64,000 bases of DNA from Burkholderiales bacterium (GTDB lineage Bacteria > Pseudomonadota > Gammaproteobacteria > Burkholderiales > Burkholderiaceae_C), in contig JBBRGA010000001.1 of assembly GCA_038241115.1 (NCBI GenBank), positions 1,319 through 65,318 on the forward strand, in the 5' to 3' direction. The translations under genes and the position numbers were made by a program. Below the pieces are notes generated by a model that saw nothing but the letters and a program-made list of their open reading frames with translations, did no database searches and was not told where the DNA came from. The stretch's first letter is position 1. Every line of letters begins with the position of its first letter. Shown here piece by piece: positions 56,275 to 64,000 of the stretch.

Positions 56275-56370
56275 CCTGTATATGCAGTGCCGCCACTAAA
56301 GTACGGCTTCTCAACATTTCTTCGTTAGTTTTAGTCAGTCCCGTTTCACCATCAACCAAGGAAATTCACC

Positions 56371-56934
56371 ATGTCTATCATCAACACCGCCGTTCAGCCT
56401 TTCAAGGCCCAGGCCTTCCACAACGGCAAGTTCATTGAAGTCACCGAGCAAAGCATCAAAGGCAAATGGTCGGCCTTCATCTTCATGCCGGCTGCCTTCA
56501 CTTTCAACTGCCCCACCGAAGTGGAAGACGCGGCTGAAAACTACGCCGAGTTCCAAAAGCTGGGCACCGAGGTCTACATCATCACCACCGACTCGCACTT
56601 TGCGCACAAGGTGTGGCACGAGACATCACCCGCTGTGGGCAAGGCCAAGTTTCCTTTGGTCGGCGACCCAACTCACGCACTGACCCGCGCGTTTGACGTG
56701 CACATCGAAGAAGACGGCATGGCGCTGCGTGGCACCTTCGTCATCAACCCAGACGGCGTCATCAAAACCGCTGAAGTGCATGACAACGCCATCGCCCGCG
56801 ATGTGAAAGAAACCCTGCGCAAGCTGAAAGCGGCGCAGTACGTGGCCAAAAATCCCGGCCAGGTTTGCCCCGCCAAGTGGAACGAAGGTGCAGCCACCCT
56901 GACCCCGTCACTTGACTTGGTTGGCAAGATCTAA
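56371..56934 (+). CDS. ahpC: Alkyl hydroperoxide reductase subunit C (2-Cys peroxiredoxin)
   Basis: 187 aa. Peroxidatic Cys in FTFNCPTE and resolving Cys in GQVCPAKW. Confidence 0.96.
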   Translation: MSIINTAVQPFKAQAFHNGKFIEVTEQSIKGKWSAFIFMPAAFTFNCPTEVEDAAENYAEFQKLGTEVYIITTDSHFAHKVWHETSPAVGKAKFPLVGDPTHALTRAFDVHIEEDGMALRGTFVINPDGVIKTAEVHDNAIARDVKETLRKLKAAQYVAKNPGQVCPAKWNEGAATLTPSLDLVGKI

Positions 56935-56970
56935 ATCGTTTATCAGGCAGTTAATCAAAGGAATACCGTC

Positions 56971-58602
56971 ATGTTGGACAGCAATCTCAAAAACCAGCTC
57001 AGGGCTTATCTGGAGCGCGTGACTCAGCCGATTGAGCTGGTGGCGTCGCTCGACGATCGGCCTGCATCGGCTGAAATGAAAGCTCTGCTCGAAGACGTGG
57101 CGTCCCTTTGCGACAAGATCACTTTGCGACTCGACGGCAGCGATGCGCGCCGTCCGTCGTTCAATATTTCCAGAGTGGGTCAAGGCGTGGAAAACGAGAT
57201 GGGAGTGCGCTTTGCCGCTATTCCCATGGGCCATGAATTCACTTCTCTGGTGCTGGCGCTGCTGCAAGCCGGTGGTCATCCGCCCAAGGTGGAAGCCGAT
57301 GTGGTGGAGCAAATCAAAAGCCTTCGCAGTGAAGACGGCAGCGATATGGTGTTTGAGACCTACATGTCGCTGACTTGCCACAACTGCCCCGACGTGGTTC
57401 AGGCTTTCAACCTGATGGCCGTGCTGAATCCGCGCATCAAGGCCGTGGCCATCGACGGCGGTTTGTTTGAAGCCGAAGTGGCCGAGCGCGACATCATGGG
57501 CGTGCCCAGCGTTTACCTGAACGGCAAATTCTTCGGTTCCGGCCGCATGGAGCTGAGCGAAATTTTGGCCAAGCTCGACACCGGCACCAGCGTTCGGGAG
57601 GCCGCCAAGTTGGGCACCAAAGAGCCCTTCGATGTGCTCATCATCGGCGGTGGCCCCGCAGGTGCTGCAGCTGCCATTTATGCGGCCCGCAAAGGCATAC
57701 GCACCGGCGTGGTGGCCGAGCGTTTTGGCGGTCAAACGCTTGACACCTTGGGCATCGAAAACTTCATCTCCGTCATGGAAACCGAAGGGCCTAAATTTGC
57801 GTCGGCCTTGGAAGCGCACGTGCGCGCCTACGACGTGGACATCATGAACGGCCAGCGCGTGGCGTCGCTGCAAGGCGAAGATCATCCAGGTGGCATGGCC
57901 ACTATCACCTTGGCCAACGGCGCAGTGCTGAAAAGCCGCAGCGTGATTTTGGCCACCGGCGCGCGCTGGAAAAACGTCAACGTGCCCGGCGAAGCCGAGT
58001 ACCGCACCAAGGGCGTGGCCTACTGCCCGCACTGTGACGGCCCACTGTTCAAAGGCAAAAAAGTAGCCGTGATTGGCGGCGGCAATTCAGGCGTCGAGGC
58101 GGCCATCGATTTGGCCGGCGTGGTCGGCCACGTCACCCTTATCGAATATGCCGATGCGTTGAAGGCCGACGCCGTGCTGGTGAACAAACTCAAGAGCCTG
58201 GCCAACGTGACCATCCACACCAGTGCGCAGACGCTGGAGATCACCGGCGATGGTCAACGTGTGAACGGCTTGCGTTTCAAAGACCGCACCGACGCCAGCG
58301 AGCATGCGGTGGACTTGGCCGGCGTGTTTGTGCAAATCGGCTTGGTGCCGAACACCGAATTTTTGAAAGGCACGTTGGAGTTGTCGAAATACGGCGAGAT
58401 CATCATCGACGCCAAATGCGCCACCAGCCTGCCCGGCGTTTATGCGGCAGGTGATGTGACCACCGTGCCGTTCAAGCAAATCATCATCGCCACCGGCGAA
58501 GGATCAAAAGCTGCGCTGTCGGCGTTTGATCACTTGATCCGCGCGCCGCTGGCGGTGGCTGCCACCAACGCTGTTGTGGCTGCGGAACCTGCGTTGGCTT
58601 GA
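56971..58602 (+). CDS. ahpF: Alkyl hydroperoxide reductase subunit F
   Basis: 543 aa. N-terminal redox CHNCPDV, flavoprotein [18 protein letters not shown]. ~17-aa Ala-rich C-terminal tail. Confidence 0.95.
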   Translation: MLDSNLKNQLRAYLERVTQPIELVASLDDRPASAEMKALLEDVASLCDKITLRLDGSDARRPSFNISRVGQGVENEMGVRFAAIPMGHEFTSLVLALLQAGGHPPKVEADVVEQIKSLRSEDGSDMVFETYMSLTCHNCPDVVQAFNLMAVLNPRIKAVAIDGGLFEAEVAERDIMGVPSVYLNGKFFGSGRMELSEILAKLDTGTSVREAAKLGTKEPFDVLIIGGGPAGAAAAIYAARKGIRTGVVAERFGGQTLDTLGIENFISVMETEGPKFASALEAHVRAYDVDIMNGQRVASLQGEDHPGGMATITLANGAVLKSRSVILATGARWKNVNVPGEAEYRTKGVAYCPHCDGPLFKGKKVAVIGGGNSGVEAAIDLAGVVGHVTLIEYADALKADAVLVNKLKSLANVTIHTSAQTLEITGDGQRVNGLRFKDRTDASEHAVDLAGVFVQIGLVPNTEFLKGTLELSKYGEIIIDAKCATSLPGVYAAGDVTTVPFKQIIIATGEGSKAALSAFDHLIRAPLAVAATNAVVAAEPALA

Positions 58603-58639
58603 GTCCAACGTTCGTTTGACGGCGTACACAACCCCCCCC

Positions 58640-58703
58640 GTTCGGGCTGAGGTATCGAAGTCCCATGTTGAACTTCCACCGTTCGCCCTGAGGTATCGAA
58701 GGG
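58640..58703. repeat. REP-like motif, two direct copies (copy set B)
   Basis: gttcgggctgaggtatcgaag (58640-58660) and gttcgccctgaggtatcgaaggg (58681-58703), 19/21 identical. Preceded by a C8 homopolymer (58632-58639). Confidence 0.85.
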
Positions 58704-58731
58704 TTCGTGCGGCGGGGCGCATTCCTAGAAA

Positions 58732-58921
58732 CTAGGAGCGTGGGCGCCAGAAGGAGCGGCGGCTGCAAGGAGGCCGCAGCGGTCCATTTTTGGCTACGCC
58801 GCTCTTCGAGAACACCGGCTTTTTGTCCCATAGCTACGGCTATGGGCCTGCAAACCCCGCAAAAACTGTCCTTGCTGGGGCCACCTTTCGCTTCGCCGCC
58901 TTCTGCCGCCCACGCTCCTAG
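58732..58921. repeat. ~190-bp element bounded by 23-bp inverted repeats (MITE-like or large structured RNA/terminator)
   Basis: Left arm ctaggagcgtgggcgccagaagg (58732-58754). The reverse complement of 58899-58921 is ctaggagcgtgggcggcagaagg (22/23), with ~5 more pairs after a bulge. An internal perfect hairpin cccatagc-tacg-gctatggg lies at 58827-58846. The right arm abuts the TAG stop of the minus-strand gene. Confidence 0.85.
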
Positions 58922-59472
58922 GCCACCTTTTCACCCAGGGCAGCGCGCACAGCATGCTCAAGGTGCTCCAGCCCGAAGGTGGTGTCCACCAGTTTGTTGT
59001 TCAAGAAAAAGCTGGGTGATGAACGCAGCCCCAGGTGCTCGCCGCAGCGGCGGTGCTCCTGTACGCGCTGCAGGTAAATGCGGTCGGCCATGTCGGCGTT
59101 GAAGCGCCGCATGTCCAGGCCGATGGCTTGGGCGTATTGAGCCAGCGCAGCCGGTTTCAGGTGGTTGGGGTGGCTGAACAGTTGGTGGTGCATGGGCCAG
59201 AACTTGCCCTGCGCGGCAGCGGCTTCTGCGGCTTCTGCGGCCAGCTCGGCGTGCGGGTGAACCTCGACCAGCGGGAAGTGCCGAAACACAAATTGCATGC
59301 GGTCGCCGAAGGTTTCGATCAGGTGTTGGGTCGCCAACTCGGCCTCGCCGCAGGCGGTGCTCTCGTAATCACCGTACTCCAGCAGCACCAGGCGCGCCTG
59401 CGCTGAGCCGGTGCTGTGATCGGCCGCTGAAAGCCCACCGGTCGCGTTGGGTTGACGAGGTGCTTGTTCCAT
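58918..59472 (-). CDS. Cytoplasmic DsbA/thioredoxin-fold protein with degenerate SxxC site
   Basis: 184 aa. ATG 59472 with aggaga SD. LLEYGDYESTAC aligns to the EYGDYQCPYC-type motif of DsbA-family 'thioredoxin domain' proteins. No signal peptide. Confidence 0.7.
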   Translation of the reverse strand: MEQAPRQPNATGGLSAADHSTGSAQARLVLLEYGDYESTACGEAELATQHLIETFGDRMQFVFRHFPLVEVHPHAELAAEAAEAAAAQGKFWPMHHQLFSHPNHLKPAALAQYAQAIGLDMRRFNADMADRIYLQRVQEHRRCGEHLGLRSSPSFFLNNKLVDTTFGLEHLEHAVRAALGEKVA

Positions 59473-59516
59473 TTGGATCTCCTAGGGGTGGCGGGTGGTT
59501 TTTAGTAGCGCGCGCG

Positions 59517-59571
59517 GCCTCAGATCACGTGGCCAGATCACATGGCCAGATCACGTGAGTCAGCAGTCAGC
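59517..59571. promoter_or_regulatory. Iteron-like 3 x 13-bp tandem repeat containing CACGTG, plus 2 x 7-bp repeat
   Basis: ggcc(t)cagatcacgt / ggccagatcacat / ggccagatcacgt (59517-59556), then agtcagc agtcagc (59558-59571). Lies in the 216-bp divergent region between the DsbA-like gene and gnd. Confidence 0.85.
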
Positions 59572-59688
59572 GCATGGGTTTGTTTTTACCCAAAGGGCTG
59601 CTGCCCTGTCTGTGCTCCAGCGCACAGACGCGCCACTGCATGCCAGCGCATCGTATGAAACGCATCGGTGCAACCGAGGGAAACAAAA

Positions 59689-60717
59689 ATGCAACTGGGA
59701 ATGATGGGCTTGGGGCGCATGGGCGGCAGCATGGTGGGCCGTCTGCTGCGGGCGGAGCATGAATGCGTGGTGTTCGATGCGCGAGCTGTCGCCGTGCAAA
59801 CACTGGTGAGAACCGGTGCCGTGGGTGCCGCCTCAATCAAGCAGTTCGTGGCGTTGTTGAGCAAGCCGCGCACCATTTGGCTGATGCTGCCTGCGGGTGC
59901 CGTGGACGCTGCGTTGGATGAATTGCTGCCCTGCCTCGAAGCGGGCGATGTGCTGGTGGACGGTGGCAATTCGCACTACCGGGACGATATTCGCCGCGGC
60001 AAACAGTTGCTGGCGCACGGCATTCATTACCTGGACGTGGGAACCAGCGGCGGCGTGGCCGGATTGGAGCGCGGCTACTGCTTGATGATTGGCGGGGAAG
60101 CGGCGGTGGTGCAGCGGCTGCAGCCGATTTTTATGGCTTTGGCACCCGGCATCGCGGCAGCGCCGCGCACGTCTGGCCGCCCAGCAAATTCGGGCACCGC
60201 AGAGCACGGTTTTTTGCACTGCGGCCCGTTTGGCGCCGGGCACTTCGTGAAGATGATTCACAACGGCATCGAGTACGGCGTGATGGCCGCTTACGCCGAA
60301 GGATTGAACATTCTGCGCAACGCGAATGCGGGACAAGCGCTCACTGCTTCGCCCACCCTGCACGACGCCGAAACCACGCCGCTGCGCGAGCCCGAGTTGT
60401 ACCGCTTCGACATGAATTTGCCCGACATCACCGAGCTGTGGCGGCGTGGGAGTGTGATTGGTTCCTGGTTGCTGGACCTCACGGCCGAGGCGCTGCAAAA
60501 AGACAAAGATTTGGCGTCGTACGGCGGTCGGGTGTCGGACTCGGGCGAGGGCCGCTGGACGCTGCAAGCCGCCATCGACGAAGGCGTGCCGGTGCCGGTG
60601 CTGAGCGCCGCGGTGTTCGAGCGTTTTTCGTCACGCGGCAACGCAGACTTCGCCAACCAGGTGCTGTCGGCCATGCGGCATGAGTTTGGCGGCCATGTAG
60701 AAAAGCCGCAGGCATGA
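59689..60717 (+). CDS. gnd: 6-phosphogluconate dehydrogenase, decarboxylating (short GndA/YqeC-like form)
   Basis: ATG 59689 (gaggga upstream) inside track ORF 59668..60717. MQLGMMGLGRMGGSM Rossmann motif. GGNSHYRDD; GHFVKMIHNGIEYG. Confidence 0.88.
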   Translation: MQLGMMGLGRMGGSMVGRLLRAEHECVVFDARAVAVQTLVRTGAVGAASIKQFVALLSKPRTIWLMLPAGAVDAALDELLPCLEAGDVLVDGGNSHYRDDIRRGKQLLAHGIHYLDVGTSGGVAGLERGYCLMIGGEAAVVQRLQPIFMALAPGIAAAPRTSGRPANSGTAEHGFLHCGPFGAGHFVKMIHNGIEYGVMAAYAEGLNILRNANAGQALTASPTLHDAETTPLREPELYRFDMNLPDITELWRRGSVIGSWLLDLTAEALQKDKDLASYGGRVSDSGEGRWTLQAAIDEGVPVPVLSAAVFERFSSRGNADFANQVLSAMRHEFGGHVEKPQA

Positions 60718-62474
60718 CGTCCGCCTCGTCAATCGATGTGGGCGGTGCCGCTTTGCCTCTCACCGGCAGCGTTCATGCGCTGGCGGGTCATCCCGCTCCT
60801 GCGTCTGTGTTGATCGATGTGGACAAGCTGCTGTGGGCCTATCGCAAGCTCATTCCCGACCCCGGCGTGGCAGCGCAGCGCGTGGCCTTTGGCACGTCGG
60901 GCCATCGCGGCAGCGCCTTGGACGCGGCTTTCAACGAGCAGCATGTGCTGGCGATCACGCAGGCCATTTGCAACCACCGCAAGGCCAGCGACATCACCGG
61001 GCCGATGTTTGTGGGGGTGGACACCCATGCGCTGTCGGCCCCGGCCTGCGCCACCGCGCTGGAAGTGTTGGCCGCCAACGGCGTGGAGGTGATGCTGGCG
61101 CTGAACGACGAGTACACGCCGACGCCTGCGGTGTCGCACGCGATCTTGCAGTTCAACCGCACCAGAAACTTCAACCCCGACCGCAACCTCGGCCACACCA
61201 GCAACCGCAACACCAACAATTTCAATGGCCTGGCCGATGGCATCGTCATCACCCCGTCGCACAACCCGCCACGCGACGGCGGCTTCAAGTACAACCCGAC
61301 CCACGGTGGGCCAGCCGGGCAGGCGGTGACGAATTGGATTGAAGCCGCTGCCAACCGGTTGTTGGAAGCGCGCCTTGACGGTGTTCAGCGCATGCCCTAC
61401 GCGCAGGCACTTGCAGCCGCCACCACACACCGGCACGACTTTCTGGCGGCGTATGTGGCGGACCTGGGCAACGTGATCGACATGGAGGTGATTCGCGTCG
61501 CGAAATTGCGCATGGGTGTCGACCCGATGGGCGGCGCGGGTGTGCATTACTGGGCTGCCATTGCCGAGCGCTACGGCCTGGATCTGAGCGTCATCAATCG
61601 GGAGGTCGATCCGACCTTCGCTTTCATGCCGCTCGATTGGGACGGCAAGATTCGCATGGACCCGTCGTCTGCTTACGCGATGAAAAATCTGCTGGCCGTC
61701 CAAGACCGGTTCGACATCGCGTTCGCCTGCGACACCGACCACGACCGCCACGGCATCGTCACACCCACCGCGGGCTTGATGGCCGCTGACCACTACCTGG
61801 CGGTGTGCATTGGCTACTTGTTCCAACACCGCCCCGACTGGCCCGTGTCGGCGGCGGTGGGCAAAACCGTGGTGAGCAGCCGCCTGATCGACAAGCTGTG
61901 CGCGCGCCTGGGCCGGGCCTGCGTGGAGACGCCGGTGGGTTTCAAGTGGTTTTCTGCCGGCCTGCAAAGTGCTGCGTTGGGCTTTGCCGGCGAAGAAAGC
62001 GCAGGCGCCAGCCTCTTGCGCCGTGACGGCACGGTGTGGACCACCGACAAAGACGGCATTGCGCTGGCGCTGCTTGCCGCCGAGATCACCGCGCGCACCG
62101 GCCGCGACCCGGGCCAGCGTTATGCCGAGTTGGCGGCTGAGTTTGGCAACCCGGTGGCACGCCGCGTCGAAGCGCCCGCCAGTGCGCAGCAAAAAAAGCA
62201 ACTGGCGGCCCTGACAGCACAGCAAATCACGCAAACCACGTTGGCGGGCGAACGTGTCGAAAGCGTGCTCAGCCATGCGCTGGGCAACGGCGAAGCCATC
62301 GGCGGCATCAAGCTCAACACCGCCAGCGGCTGGTTCGCGGCACGGCCGTCCGGCACCGAAGACATCTACAAGATTTATGCCGAAAGTTTTCAAGGCGCAG
62401 ACCACCTGCGGCGCCTGTTGGAAGAGGCGCAAGCCGTGGTGGACATGGCGATTTCGTCGTCAGCCGCCGCCTGA
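60714..62474 (+). CDS. pgm: Phosphoglucomutase (alpha-D-glucose phosphate-specific)
   Basis: 586 aa. ATGA overlap with gnd. Collinear with E. coli Pgm (FGTSGHRG; TPSHNPP phospho-Ser loop; DTDHDRHG; GEESAG; RPSGTED). Carries an Asn-rich insertion, see findings. Confidence 0.93.
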   Translation: MTSASSIDVGGAALPLTGSVHALAGHPAPASVLIDVDKLLWAYRKLIPDPGVAAQRVAFGTSGHRGSALDAAFNEQHVLAITQAICNHRKASDITGPMFVGVDTHALSAPACATALEVLAANGVEVMLALNDEYTPTPAVSHAILQFNRTRNFNPDRNLGHTSNRNTNNFNGLADGIVITPSHNPPRDGGFKYNPTHGGPAGQAVTNWIEAAANRLLEARLDGVQRMPYAQALAAATTHRHDFLAAYVADLGNVIDMEVIRVAKLRMGVDPMGGAGVHYWAAIAERYGLDLSVINREVDPTFAFMPLDWDGKIRMDPSSAYAMKNLLAVQDRFDIAFACDTDHDRHGIVTPTAGLMAADHYLAVCIGYLFQHRPDWPVSAAVGKTVVSSRLIDKLCARLGRACVETPVGFKWFSAGLQSAALGFAGEESAGASLLRRDGTVWTTDKDGIALALLAAEITARTGRDPGQRYAELAAEFGNPVARRVEAPASAQQKKQLAALTAQQITQTTLAGERVESVLSHALGNGEAIGGIKLNTASGWFAARPSGTEDIYKIYAESFQGADHLRRLLEEAQAVVDMAISSSAAA

Positions 62475-62562
62475 AATCGACCCCGACGCTGCTGCAACTC
62501 CCTTCGAGTTGTCACCCAATCCCTCAGCCACTCCATCAATCCAAAAATCTGTAAAGGCCCCG

Positions 62563-64000
62563 ATGCCGAACACCCTGTCTGCCGACGCGCTGCAAAATAT
62601 GCACGCCTACTGGCGCGCCGCCAACTACTTGTCTGTGGGGCAGATCTACTTGCAGGACAACACGCTGCTCGAGCGCCCGCTCACGCTGGCCGACATCAAG
62701 CCGCGCCTGCTGGGCCATTGGGGCACCACGCCGGGTTTGAATTTGCTCTACGTTCACTTGAACCGGCTGATCAGAGAACACGACCTGAACATGATTTATG
62801 TGATGGGTCCGGGCCACGGCGGGCCGGGCATCGTCGCGAACAGTTATCTGGAAGGTTCGTACACCGAGCACTACCCGGCCATTGAACACAACCGCAACGG
62901 CCTGGAGCGCTTGTTTCGTCAGTTCTCATGGCCGCACGGCGTGCCCAGCCATGTGTCGCCCGAAGTGCCTGGGTCTATTCACGAGGGCGGCGAATTGGGC
63001 TACTCGCTTCTCCATGCTTACGGTGCGGCTTTTGACAACCCCGACCTGATCGTGGCCTGCGTGGTGGGTGATGGCGAGGCCGAAACCGGCGCGCTGGCCG
63101 CCAGCTGGCACTCGAATAAGTTTTTGAATCCGGCGCGCGATGGTGCGGTGCTGCCCATCTTGCATCTCAACGGCTACAAGATTGCCAACCCCACGCTGCT
63201 GGCGCGCATCAGCCATGAAGAGTTGACGCACCTCATGCGTGGCTATGGGCACGAACCTCATTTTGTCGAGGGTGACGACCCGGCGCTGGTGCACCAAGCT
63301 CTGGCCGCCACGCTGGACACCGTGCTGGCGCAGATTCAACAAATGCAACGCGAGGCCAGGTCGCTGCCCGCAGGCGTGTCACCGAAGCGTCCGCGCTGGC
63401 CGATGATCGTGCTGCGCACACCCAAAGGCTGGACCGGGCCGAAGTGGGTCGACGGCAAGGCGGTGGAAGGCACGTGGCGTTCGCACCAAGTGCCGATTGC
63501 CGAATTCAAAACCCCTGGCCACCTGCTGCAGCTTGAGGCCTGGCTCAAGAGCTACCACCCCGAAGAACTGTTTGACGAACAGGGCCGCTTTCTGGATGAG
63601 CTTGCCGCGCTGGCCCCCACCGGCCAGCGCCGCATGGGCTGCAACCCGCATGCCAATGGCGGCGTGCTGTTGCAGCCGCTGGCCATGCCCGCGTTCCGCG
63701 ATTACGCCGTGGCGGTGCCGCAACCTGGTGCGGTCGACGCGGAAGCCACGCGCGAGCTGGGCCACTTTCTGCGCGCTGTGATGAAACTCAACTTGAGCGC
63801 AGCCAACTTCCGGATCTTCGGGCCTGACGAGACCGCATCGAACCGCCTTGACGCGGTGTTCGATGTGAGCGGCAAGGTGTGGCTGGACGACATTCAAGAG
63901 GGCGACAACCACCTCAGCGCCGACGGCCGTGTCATGGAAGTGCTGAGCGAGCATCTGTGCGAAGGCTGGCTCGAGGGCTATTTGCTCACCGGACGACACG
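62563..64000 (+). CDS. xfp: Xylulose-5-phosphate/fructose-6-phosphate phosphoketolase, 5' ~479 codons (3' end beyond window)
   Basis: Not in the ORF track because there is no stop in the window. Hand translation from ATG 62563: [30 protein letters not shown]...[12 protein letters not shown]...IHEGGELGY...GDGEAETG...[13 protein letters not shown]...[18 protein letters not shown]...[25 protein letters not shown]. The frame is open to nt 64000. Confidence 0.93.
   Translation, partial: MPNTLSADALQNMHAYWRAANYLSVGQIYLQDNTLLERPLTLADIKPRLLGHWGTTPGLNLLYVHLNRLIREHDLNMIYVMGPGHGGPGIVANSYLEGSYTEHYPAIEHNRNGLERLFRQFSWPHGVPSHVSPEVPGSIHEGGELGYSLLHAYGAAFDNPDLIVACVVGDGEAETGALAASWHSNKFLNPARDGAVLPILHLNGYKIANPTLLARISHEELTHLMRGYGHEPHFVEGDDPALVHQALAATLDTVLAQIQQMQREARSLPAGVSPKRPRWPMIVLRTPKGWTGPKWVDGKAVEGTWRSHQVPIAEFKTPGHLLQLEAWLKSYHPEELFDEQGRFLDELAALAPTGQRRMGCNPHANGGVLLQPLAMPAFRDYAVAVPQPGAVDAEATRELGHFLRAVMKLNLSAANFRIFGPDETASNRLDAVFDVSGKVWLDDIQEGDNHLSADGRVMEVLSEHLCEGWLEGYLLTGRH

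Noticed and set aside
58707-59102. 131-aa plus-strand ORF, plus minus-strand ORFs 58484..58831 and 58504..58722, across the ahpF-downstream repeats.
   Set aside because: They are read through REP-like and inverted-repeat DNA (the typical 'FDTSARTG/PFALRYRR' pseudo-peptides) and overlap the well-supported DsbA-like gene. No start context or motifs.
59517-59559. The tandem 13-mers, and the 9-mers at 51219-51254, considered as a mini-CRISPR.
   Set aside because: The units are directly abutting with no spacers, are far shorter than CRISPR repeats, and no cas genes are present.
62495-62535. Possible additional inverted, degenerate REP-like copy (cccttcgag...ccctcagcc) between pgm and xfp.
   Set aside because: It matches only the two short end blocks of the motif, with a ~12-nt larger spacer. 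The similarity is too weak to distinguish from chance without a genome-wide profile.

Overview
This is a gene-dense 64-kb chromosomal segment with about 58 protein-coding genes and no large non-coding gaps. It is made almost entirely of conserved housekeeping operons: sdhB-sdhE-gltA; leuC-(small lipoprotein)-leuD-leuB-asd-fimV-truA-trpF-trpB-trpA-accD; nadE-glnB; ilvI-ilvH-ilvC-pssA-leuA; rpsB-tsf-pyrH-frr-uppS-cdsA-dxr-rseP-bamA-skp-lpxD-fabZ-lpxA-lpxB-rnhB; ppsR/ppsA; mutS; and ahpCF. The window ends with a gnd-pgm-xfp (phosphoketolase) cluster that runs off the 3' edge. Gene order and protein motifs suggest the core chromosome of a betaproteobacterium of the Burkholderiales/Comamonadaceae type. 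That placement is inferred from synteny and remembered family signatures; no database search was possible. I found no rRNA, tRNA, CRISPR array, transposase, integrase, phage gene or recognisable defence or toxin island. I therefore cannot honestly claim a novel multi-gene system here. Seven items deserve a second look. (1) A candidate leucine attenuator lies in front of leuA: a leader ORF with Ile-ATA, Leu-TTA and Leu-CTA codons plus a terminator hairpin. (2) A lone Anbu-type proteasome-like protease sits 24 bp downstream of mutS without its usual operon partners. (3) An uncharacterised module of ECF sigma factor, DUF3619-like, DUF3106-like and RDD proteins lies divergent from ilvI. (4) A ~190-bp element is bounded by 23-bp inverted repeats. 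(5) A REP-like motif family flanks ahpCF. (6) A 3 x 13-bp CACGTG-containing iteron lies in the promoter region of the gnd-pgm-xfp cluster. (7) A 42-codon entericidin-like lipoprotein gene, below the ORF-track threshold, sits between leuC and leuD. The phosphoketolase gene (62563 to the window end) is absent from the ORF track because it has no stop codon in the window. All family names are from memory of sequence signatures and need HMM or BLAST confirmation.
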